16,402 nucleotides of DNA from an uncultured Candidatus Bathyarchaeia archaeon. Its GTDB lineage: Archaea; Thermoproteota; Bathyarchaeia; Bathyarchaeales; Bathycorpusculaceae. Shown one piece after another: positions 7,416 to 15,600 of this stretch. Position 1 is the first letter of the stretch. Every line of letters starts with the position of its first letter. The translations under genes were made by a program, and so were the position numbers. The notes under the pieces are model-generated. The model was not told the origin of the DNA. It saw only the letters and a program-made list of their open reading frames with translations, and searched no databases. The stretch spans positions 1-16,402 of the forward strand of contig CAYVGZ010000031.1 of the NCBI GenBank assembly GCA_964450845.1, written 5' to 3'.

Positions 7416-8816
7416 CTAAGACGTCCATTCTTCGAGTGCGTTCTTCATATGTTGGATGGCTTCTTCTTCATTGGGTTTAACTTTCCTAAGCAGTTCCGCT
7501 CCCTTTTTTCTGTCCGCTGGCGTCATGTTGCCTTGAAACTTGAACGGGAAAAGCTGCGTGAACTCCATCATAAGCTTCCAGCCCCTTTCATAACATTCTG
7601 CTGCTTTTAGCAAGTGCTTTGACTGCTTGCCTGGATACTTCTTGGCGAGACGTTTCAGGAATTGTGCACATACCTCTCTGCTCTCACAATAGCAAGCGCC
7701 AACATAGCTATTTCCGTGATAGTTCTGCTTCTCTTCTGGAAGCGTTTCTAACACGTTTGCCCATTCATCAAGCGCCGCTGGACCAGCCGCATAGTTGCTG
7801 AGTATTGGCACTTTTGCTGACGCGAAGCCTATGGCTCTTCGCAAAGCCCCTTTGTCTACAGTTTCGTCTCGTCGCTTGACCTTGTTGCTGAAGAATAATG
7901 CGTCAAGGCAGCCGGGAGCCTTTAAGTCATAGAAAGGGATTGGGTTTTCTGGTTGACCAGTGAGGCTTCTAAAAGTGCTCACAATGTAAGAATCGCCCTC
8001 GTAACCCTTAACAATTCCATACTCAGGAACGACTAAACCCCAAAGAACGACAGGTCTGTCTCTTTCGTCTATCTCCTGTTTTATTTTGTCCAAGATTTTC
8101 CGTGCTTTTTCGATTTCTTTGGATGTTGGCGCGCCTTCTTTTTCTGGGTATGAGCCTTCATAGCTAAGTGTTTCTATTGTCCAGCCAAGCTCTTCCGTTG
8201 CATCGCGTATTTGCTTCCAGGTTTTCTCTGGAAAGGCCGTGGGTCCAGATGGGCATGTTACGCCTTTTGCCACGTTTATCAAGAATGCATATCCAGAATG
8301 ACCGCCCACATCAACCATGTCACAGTCTGTCCCTAAAGCTTTCAAACAACCAGCAACTGCACCGAAGTAAGATATCCAGCATGGTTGATACTCAACTTTT
8401 TTGCTGATCACTTTTTTTTCCAAATGTTTCACCTCCTTCAAACCTTCAGTGTAGCGTCTCGAAAGCTGTTGCCGCTTCGCCTCTAGTCTTTGAATAGAAC
8501 TCTCGTACATTGCTGCTGCGGCTTTTAGCAATTCTTTGCCATCAGTTGTTAGGTCGTATTTGCCTCTGCCCATTTTTTCAACAAGCTCTTTGTCGACTAG
8601 CTGGTTTAGATGATTAGCCAAAGCTGTTTTCGACAGTCTCGTCTGTTGCATGAGTCTAGAGAACTCGTGCTCTCCTTGGAGAAGTAGTGTCATTATCTGT
8701 ATTCTTGCAGGATGCGCAGCCAACCTCAGCAATTTAGCTACGCCATTCGGAGACTCAAGCAGAATGTTTTGTGGAGAGTTATCCTCTGTTTTTCTCAATT
8801 TGCTACACCATTGCAT
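7416..8816 (-). CDS. ArsR-like winged-HTH regulator fused to a ~335-aa C-terminal domain (tentatively papain-like/BtrH-N-like, without an evident catalytic dyad)
   Basis: AAHPARIQIMTLLLQGEHEFSRLMQQTRLSKTALANHLNQLVDKELVEK...YDLTTDG is a typical wHTH. C-terminal PVVLWGLVVPEYGIVKGYE segment resembles the C39/BtrH strand but with Glu where His is expected (assignment from memory). Confidence 0.75.
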   Translation of the reverse strand: MQWCSKLRKTEDNSPQNILLESPNGVAKLLRLAAHPARIQIMTLLLQGEHEFSRLMQQTRLSKTALANHLNQLVDKELVEKMGRGKYDLTTDGKELLKAAAAMYESSIQRLEAKRQQLSRRYTEGLKEVKHLEKKVISKKVEYQPCWISYFGAVAGCLKALGTDCDMVDVGGHSGYAFLINVAKGVTCPSGPTAFPEKTWKQIRDATEELGWTIETLSYEGSYPEKEGAPTSKEIEKARKILDKIKQEIDERDRPVVLWGLVVPEYGIVKGYEGDSYIVSTFRSLTGQPENPIPFYDLKAPGCLDALFFSNKVKRRDETVDKGALRRAIGFASAKVPILSNYAAGPAALDEWANVLETLPEEKQNYHGNSYVGACYCESREVCAQFLKRLAKKYPGKQSKHLLKAAECYERGWKLMMEFTQLFPFKFQGNMTPADRKKGAELLRKVKPNEEEAIQHMKNALEEWTS

Positions 8817-8840
8817 ACTGAACTCAGTGTTGGCAGTACT

Positions 8841-8884
8841 TAAAGTCTTCGATTTCGTGAACTAAAGTACTAGTTTTCGTGAAC
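8841..8884. repeat. 22-bp tandem direct repeat overlapping the promoter of the wHTH gene
   Basis: TAAAGTCTTCGATTTCGTGAAC (8841-8862) and TAAAGTACTAGTTTTCGTGAAC (8863-8884), 18/22 identical; minus-strand TTTAAGTA TATA at 8844-8837. Confidence 0.75.
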
Positions 8885-8906
8885 AAAACCTATTCTTCAG
8901 CTAAAT

Positions 8907-9968
8907 TCATATTATTTGGACAGTTGAGGCTTTAAAAGTCAAGAAAACTTCAGTGTTTAGGTTGAGTCCCATTTCGCTGAAGGAACGCCTAGTTACCTGA
9001 ACAGTAAAGATTTTTCCAACATCAACTTTAAGCCTGACCACAGAGCCTAAATCCGAAATTTCAACAATTCTGCCTTTGAGAATGTTTCTTGCGCTCGATG
9101 AAAAGCGGTCTTTAGATAATATTATGTCTTCTGGACTGATGAAAACTGAAACTTTGCCAGAGCTTTGGACAGTTGCCTCTATTCGAACGTCGTTTCCAAC
9201 ATCTATCAAGGTTGTGCCGTTCTCAGTGATTTTTGCAGTTCCAGCAAAAGTGTTGTCAACAGCAGCGAAACTAGCCAAATTCTTGGAGAGCTTGCCGAAA
9301 ACCTCCGCTGGCGTGCCAATCTCAGTTATTTTTCCATCGCTCATTAATGCGATGCGCTTGGGCAGGGTCTTAGCTTGGAACATGTTGTGTGTAGCCATGA
9401 CAATGGTGATTTTGTGCTCATGGTTCACTGTAGCGATTACTTCCTCGATGATTGAGGCATTTTTCGGATCCAAGTTTGCAGTTGGTTCATCCAAAAGAAG
9501 AAGTTTAGTCTTAAGAGCTAAAGCTCTGGCTATCGCAACTCTTTGTTGTTCTCCGCCGGAAAGTTTTCTTGCTGGGCGTTTCTCGAAGCCCTCTAACTTC
9601 ACCAGTTTCAGCACCGTTTTTATTTCTTCATTACGTGCATCTTTCGGTGTTTTCCTTACTTTTAACCCATAAGCAATGTTATTGTAGACTGATGTGTCGA
9701 AGAGAGTTGTTTTTTGAAAAACGAGAGTGCTTTGCATCCGCATTTTTTCCGTGTTTTTGAAGCTCACGGTTTCGCCTTGAAACTTGACTTCGCCACCTGT
9801 GGGTTTTTCGATAAATGCTAGGATTTTCAGCATTGTTGTTTTGCCTGAACCGTTTGGGCCTAAGAGTGCTAGTATTTCGCCTTCGTAGATTTGCAAGTTT
9901 ACGTCGTCTAGTACTGTTTTGTTTCCAAATACTTTGGTTATGTTCTTCAACTCAGCGGTTATTGTCAT
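8907..9968 (-). CDS. tupC: Tungstate ABC transporter ATP-binding protein with C-terminal TOBE domains
   Basis: Walker A GPNGSGKT, signature LSGGEQQRV, Walker B LLLLDEP, SSARNILKGRIVEI TOBE motif. ATG 9968 preferred; upstream TTG 9989 is possible. Confidence 0.88.
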   Translation of the reverse strand: MTITAELKNITKVFGNKTVLDDVNLQIYEGEILALLGPNGSGKTTMLKILAFIEKPTGGEVKFQGETVSFKNTEKMRMQSTLVFQKTTLFDTSVYNNIAYGLKVRKTPKDARNEEIKTVLKLVKLEGFEKRPARKLSGGEQQRVAIARALALKTKLLLLDEPTANLDPKNASIIEEVIATVNHEHKITIVMATHNMFQAKTLPKRIALMSDGKITEIGTPAEVFGKLSKNLASFAAVDNTFAGTAKITENGTTLIDVGNDVRIEATVQSSGKVSVFISPEDIILSKDRFSSSARNILKGRIVEISDLGSVVRLKVDVGKIFTVQVTRRSFSEMGLNLNTEVFLTFKASTVQII

Positions 9969-9999
9969 CTTTCTGCCTTCTTTAGCCAAGTTTCATTTT

Positions 10000-10719
10000 T
10001 TATTGTGGTGACCTGCCTAACGTGAGCAGCATTCTCGCTTTTCGGGCTGTAATTATTATCATGTTTATCAAGAAGACTATAACCATCAATATTATTCCGA
10101 GGGCTATGGCTAAATCAAGCTCGCCTCTTTGTGTATAGCGCGAAATTGCTGTTGTCAAGATGTCAGTTAAGCCTGCTATGTTACCACCAACCAAGAGAGC
10201 CACGCCTAACTCAGCTATTGCTCGGTTGAAACTTGCAATGTTCGATAAAAGAACCCCGTTTAACGCTTCTTTCAATACAGCTATGGATGCCTGTGATTCT
10301 GAAGCTCCCAGCGTTTTGGCCAAATTCATTATTTCTGGGTCAACCGCTTCTATGGCAGTGGTTGTTATACTGATTAGTATCGGTGTTACAAGCACAGCCT
10401 CACCCAATATTATGGCACCTGGCGTGTAAAGTAACCCTAGAAATCCTAGTGGTCCACCCTTCGAAAAAACAAGATAAAGAACCAAGCCCAAAACCACTGT
10501 CGGTATACCTATCAAAGAATTGAAGAATCCCTTGATTATGGTTTTGCCTCGAAAGTCTCTAAGACCTATTAACATCGCGATCGGCGTTCCCCAAAGAATT
10601 GCTAAAATGACGGCAATTCCAGAAAAAAAGAGGGAGCGGTAGACGATTCCATAGAGTGTTGGGTCGCCCGAAATAATCAGTTGCAACGCTTTCATTATGC
10701 CACCGAGTATATCAACCAA
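10000..10719 (-). CDS. tupB: Tungstate ABC transporter permease
   Basis: Hydrophobic 239 aa; GIPTVVLGLVLY, EAA-like LAKTLGAS loop, FNRAIAELGVALLVGGNI typical of TupB. Confidence 0.9.
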   Translation of the reverse strand: MVDILGGIMKALQLIISGDPTLYGIVYRSLFFSGIAVILAILWGTPIAMLIGLRDFRGKTIIKGFFNSLIGIPTVVLGLVLYLVFSKGGPLGFLGLLYTPGAIILGEAVLVTPILISITTTAIEAVDPEIMNLAKTLGASESQASIAVLKEALNGVLLSNIASFNRAIAELGVALLVGGNIAGLTDILTTAISRYTQRGELDLAIALGIILMVIVFLINMIIITARKARMLLTLGRSPQ

Positions 10720-10731
10720 TCTTGTTTTCCT

Positions 10732-11742
10732 CTAAGAGTAGAGTTCTGGATAGCCATTTCTGTATTGCGGTGGGCATTCTGAACCATCAAAGAAGGCAGC
10801 ACTTTGTATCCAACTGACTATAAGTTGAGGCGCATTATCTTTTAGTGGTTGTACAGCACCATAGAAAAGACTTTGTCCATACTCTGTTTTGCCGTAGTTT
10901 TCTATTAACTGTTGTGTCTCATCCGAAACCAAGTATTGTATGAATTCCATAGCGTCAACGTAGTTAATTTGCGAATGGAGAGTTTGGTTGGCGGGCACAG
11001 TTTGGTTTACTGCAATGACGCTGTAGATGTTAAGCAAAGATTTCTCTTCTGTTAGAAGCGCAGTCAGAGATATTACGCCTTCCTTCGAAAATTTCAGATA
11101 GGTGCCTATGTCTGAAAGCGTGTAAGCTGATTTCTGGTTAGCTATGTTTAGCGTGTCACCCATGCCTGAGCCTACGCTTGCGTACCATGGCTCTGCGGAT
11201 ATCAATGTATAATTGTAGCCTGCTGCTTTCCAAAGGCTCTGTTCCTTGGAATGTGTGCCAGAGTTGTCTCCTCGAGAAACCCAGACTTTAGTTTGCCCAG
11301 ACTGGTCCGCTAAGCTTTCTCCGTAGGCGACTATGCTATTGAGGGCTTCTGTTGCGTTTTTCCCCAAGATTGCTGCTGGGTCAGCGTCTGGTCCTACGAT
11401 GGTGAAGAAGTTGTAGGCTATTATCTTTCTGTTTACACCGTAGCCTTGTTCGAGGAAGCTTTTTTCCATTGATGGAGAATGGACGAGGATGAGGTCAGCG
11501 TCGCCGTTCTGAGCATGCAGGATAGCTATGCCTGTTCCTGCGGAGATTATGTTAATGTCCACTGTGTGAGTGGCATCGTAGTTTTTCTCTATTTCGTCGA
11601 GTAGACCAGTGTCGTAGAGGCTGGTGGTTGTGGAGATTATGAGTCTTCTCTTGGTGAAGTATTTGAAGTATACTAATGTGCCGGCGATCACTACTATGGT
11701 TGCCAGTGCTGCGATTATAAAGAGTTTTTGCCATGTCTGCAT
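10732..11742 (-). CDS. tupA: Tungstate-binding protein, N-terminal membrane anchor
   Basis: STTTSLYDTGLL (TTTS signature), GTG, SRGDNSGTH. Start reassigned to ATG 11742 (GGTG SD upstream, hydrophobic anchor follows). Confidence 0.9.
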   Translation of the reverse strand: MQTWQKLFIIAALATIVVIAGTLVYFKYFTKRRLIISTTTSLYDTGLLDEIEKNYDATHTVDINIISAGTGIAILHAQNGDADLILVHSPSMEKSFLEQGYGVNRKIIAYNFFTIVGPDADPAAILGKNATEALNSIVAYGESLADQSGQTKVWVSRGDNSGTHSKEQSLWKAAGYNYTLISAEPWYASVGSGMGDTLNIANQKSAYTLSDIGTYLKFSKEGVISLTALLTEEKSLLNIYSVIAVNQTVPANQTLHSQINYVDAMEFIQYLVSDETQQLIENYGKTEYGQSLFYGAVQPLKDNAPQLIVSWIQSAAFFDGSECPPQYRNGYPELYS

Positions 11743-11751
11743 TTCAAACAC

Positions 11752-11790
11752 CGTTATGCACTTCCATTCATATCGACTAAGCCTTATAAG
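11752..11790. promoter_or_regulatory. Candidate ModE operator plus palindromic TATA element between divergent tupA and modE
   Basis: CGTTAT-N12-ATATCG at 11752-11775 matches the CGnTAT-N12-ATAnCG ModE-box geometry; CTTATAAG palindrome at 11783-11790. Confidence 0.65.
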
Positions 11791-11816
11791 CATTGCGTGC
11801 AGATTTTATAGACAGA

Positions 11817-12374
11817 ATGCTCACCCAAAGAAAACACACGAGTTCATGCAAAATCTGGATAGAATATAAGGGAAAGCCCTTAATAGGCAAGGGCGGAGCC
11901 CAAATCCTAGAACAAATAGAAAAGGCAGAGTCCATTTCAAAGGCGGCTGAAAAACTTGGCATGTCTTACCGTTATGTTTGGAGCTACCTACAAAAAATCG
12001 AGAAGAGCATTGAAGAGCCAATCATAGAAACATATAGAGGCGGCAAATCTGGCGGAGGCGGCGCAAAACTGACTAAGCTTGGTAAAAGTTTGTTAGAGGA
12101 GTATAGGCATGTTGAAGGTTATCTGGGTGAGGTTCTTTCTGATGCAGAATATTGGGAGGCTCTTGGTTTGAAAATTAGTGCAAGAAATCGTTTAAAAGGG
12201 GAAGTATTAACTGTTGAGAAAGAAGGTTTAACCGCAAAAGTCAAGGTTAAAATAACCGTGCCAACCGTTGTGACAGCATTGATTTCAAGAGAAGCAGCTG
12301 AAGACCTAAACATAAAAGTTGGAGATGAAGTGGAAACTGTAATAAAGGCAACAGAAGTCATGATAGCAAAATAG
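11817..12374 (+). CDS. modE: ModE-family molybdate/tungstate-responsive transcriptional regulator (wHTH + one TOBE domain)
   Basis: IGKGGAQILEQIEKAESISKAAEKLGMSYRYVW, GGKSGGGAKLT, ISARNRLKGEV. ATG 11817 preferred over the track start at 11793. Confidence 0.9.
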   Translation: MLTQRKHTSSCKIWIEYKGKPLIGKGGAQILEQIEKAESISKAAEKLGMSYRYVWSYLQKIEKSIEEPIIETYRGGKSGGGGAKLTKLGKSLLEEYRHVEGYLGEVLSDAEYWEALGLKISARNRLKGEVLTVEKEGLTAKVKVKITVPTVVTALISREAAEDLNIKVGDEVETVIKATEVMIAK

Positions 12375-12552
12375 TTTTATGGGCAATGCATCCAATGTAA
12401 CGTTTCACTCTACATCCTTCATTTTTTCAGATCAAACGACTTAATCTTAAATCCCGAAGGTTATGATGTCGAAAAAATAACAGACCTTTGTGCATGACTT
12501 AGATATCTAGCCTAATCTGAGCATAACGTATGTTCCTTCGTGTTGACAAGTT

Positions 12553-12594
12553 TTTTATAGTAATGATTCAAATAAGCTGGAACGAAATGGTGAG
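12553..12594 (+). promoter_or_regulatory. Promoter/SD of the S8 protease gene
   Basis: TTTTATAG at 12553-12560; GGTGAG at 12589-12594, 6 nt before ATG 12601. Confidence 0.5.
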
Positions 12595-12600
12595 TTATGT

Positions 12601-15600
12601 ATGAAAGAAAAAATCACCACTTGTATGATATTAGCGATGCTTTTGATAACAATAGTTCCGACGATATACGTACAGGGAATGGATGAAAATCAGTGCATTT
12701 TTACTGAAAATTCACAATTAATGCCTCAGCAGAAGATTAGTTCACAACTTCTGGAGAAATTAGAAGAAGCTGGAATCAACGGTGATCCAAATGAACTTGT
12801 AAGAATCCTAATACGACATGATCTGCTTTCAGAGGTCAAGATGCCTGAGGGAGTTGAAGTTCTAAAACGCTTCAATCTCGTTCCAATAATATCTGCTATA
12901 CTGCCTATTTCGATGGTCGAAGAAATAAGCAGGATGCCAGGCGTTGAATATGTCTACCTTGACTCGCAAATGCACGTTACAAGCGATGAATATCCAACGC
13001 TTCCTTATCCTGACTACTCAGCGGCAAAGGATTGGAGAAACGCTCAAGTTGTTGACGAAGAATTTCCAGCTGACCCGTATTTTGGACAATACCCCACCTA
13101 CCTAAATGAAACCACAGAACTCATTGGCGCAAGAAAGCTTTGGGCAGAGGGGATAACAGGCAAAAATGTCACCATATCGATAATAGACACAGGAATCAAC
13201 AAGTATCATCCAGACCTAGATGACATGGATGATGACCCAACAACACATGACCCTAAAGTGCTTGCTGAAGCCTCCTTCGTCCCATATGAACCTTCAGACG
13301 ATCTCCACGGGCATGGCACCCACGTCGCTAGCACGGCAGCAGGCACAGGCGCTACTGGAGCAATGGGCTTTTATGGAACTTTTCCATACTATGGGATTCA
13401 TAACGCAACTATTTTACCTGGAACCGAAAGAGGGGTTGCACCAGGCGCATATCTCTACAATGCCAAAGCTTTTGACAGCGGAGGTTCAGGATATGACAGC
13501 TGGATTATAGGAGCTATCGAATGGTCAGTGGCGCAGGGTGCAGACGTAATCAGCGGAAGCTTCGGCGGATGGCCAGAAACCTCGCCAGACCAAGACCCAG
13601 TAGTTTTAGCCTTGAAGGAAGCTATCAAACACGGAGTAGTTGTGGTTATTGCTGCAGGAAACGAAGGATGGGGCTACTTTTCAACAGGAACTCCCGGCTT
13701 CGCACCAGACGTCATAACGGTTGGCGCAACAACTGAAACTGATCAATTAGCCTTCTTTAGTAGCCGTGGGCCTGAACAGTTTGAATTGCATGCAAAGCCT
13801 GACATAGTTGCACCTGGAACTTGTGTGGTTGCAGCTTTAAGTTTCTTTAGAGAATTTGAGGAGTACGTTGGGCTTCAGGTTTTCTATTGGGAGATTAGCG
13901 GGACAAGTATGGCGACACCCCACGTTTCTGGAGCAGTAGCGTTACTATTGCAGGCTTTTCCAGGCGCAACGCCTTACTCTGTTAAAGCAGCATTAATGCA
14001 AGGCGCAGAAGATTTAGGATTAGATTCTATGGCTCAAGGTGCTGGCAGATTAGACGTGAAAAAAGCCTACGACATCATGAATGAGGCACCTAAAGCTCAG
14101 TGGGCTGCACCTTTACCAACTGACACCATTGTTCCGAATCTGCCAGACTTTTCGACTATGCTTAACCTAACAGGTAAGACTATCCTAATTGATACTTCAT
14201 ATTGGGATCATGTAAATGAATTCATGCAGTTCTTCAATGTGCTGTATAGCTATGGAGCTTACCTCTATGGAATGACAGGTCCATACACTAATGATACGCT
14301 CGTGGACCCGGGAACCGGCGAACCCTACTTCGACGTTTTCATAATTCCAAAACTGACTTTTGTCGACACTATATACATGCCGCCTAGTGTACTAGATAAC
14401 TACATTAAGCACAATGGAACAGTGCTTTTCATCGGAGATGAACCATTTTATCCTGATCTACCTAAAGACTACAATGATTGGACCGAAATCTGGGGTATCA
14501 CTTGGAACAACACCGCAGTAGGCGGCTACTCGTCTCATATGATTTCGCATAACATAACAAACGACGTAACAGAGCTTTACTTCGGCAGTCCAATAACTAG
14601 TTTGATTGTAAACGCAAGCATGCAAGCAGAAACTGTAGTTTGGGACCCAATATTCCCAGCAATCGCCTTTTGGGAGACTCCTGCGCCAGCTACAGGAAAA
14701 GTTGTTGTAATCTCCGACGACGGGGTTCTCAACAACTTATACTTGTACGCAGCGGACAATCTGAAGCTTGGTTTAAACATTATTAAATGGTTTACTGGAA
14801 CAAAAGAGATTGAGTGTTACGTCAGCGAAGAGGTTGTTGGAGTCCCAACATGGATCGAATCGGGTCACCCATATCCACCATATGCATATGAGGTGTATCC
14901 AATCTATCAATCAGGAGCATCTTGGATTAGCGTACACTTTACTGCAATCGAGGTGGAGGGGGGCTGGGACGCTGTCTCGGTCTACGATGGGGGCTGGAAC
15001 CTAATAACGTACTATACTGGGTACTACTATGATGTTTGGACGCCACCTGTGCCTGGCGACACAGTCTACATATTGCTGACCAGCGATGGATCAATTGAGT
15101 ATTGGGGATTCGTCGCCGACTACTACGAATATAACTATAGAATAGTAACGCCCCTTCCACCAGCCTACCACGAAATCGGCGTAGGTGGCACTTGGCCACA
15201 ATATGTAATCGCGAACGCAACAGCCACAGTATCAGTCAACGTCACCAACTTTGGAACGTACACGGAAGATGTTGGACTCTACATGAACGGCATAAACGTA
15301 GAAACTGTAAATAACTTGGCGCCTGGCACGTCGACAATAGTCGAGCTAAGTACACCGCAACTTAATGCTACATTGATATGCGACGAGTCTGGCGTTAACA
15401 TGACGTTGATAAGCATATGGGCTAACATTACAGACCTAGAAATTGACTACACGAACAACGGCTTCGTTGCTGAAATCGCAGCAGTGCCAAAAGGAGAAAG
15501 AAAAGGCGACAATCCTCTCTTGTCTGTGATAACTCCGATGAAAATTGATTCTACAAGTGCTCCATTAATCACGATGTATCCTGAAGACTTCACACTACAT

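Noticed and set aside
8841-8884. CRISPR-like or transposon-end interpretation of the 22-bp repeat
   Set aside because: Only two contiguous units, no spacers, and no cas or transposase gene in the window.
9076-9672. 198-aa plus-strand ORF
   Set aside because: Antisense shadow of tupC; Ser/Phe-rich composition and no recognisable motif.
11743-11816. Overlapping starts of tupA and modE at 11793
   Set aside because: Artefact of longest-ORF calling; ATG 11742 and ATG 11817 leave a 74-nt divergent promoter.
12375-12550. Hidden small gene or ncRNA between modE and the protease
   Set aside because: Only ORFs of about 22 codons or fewer in the frames I checked; no tRNA-like or stable structure recognised.
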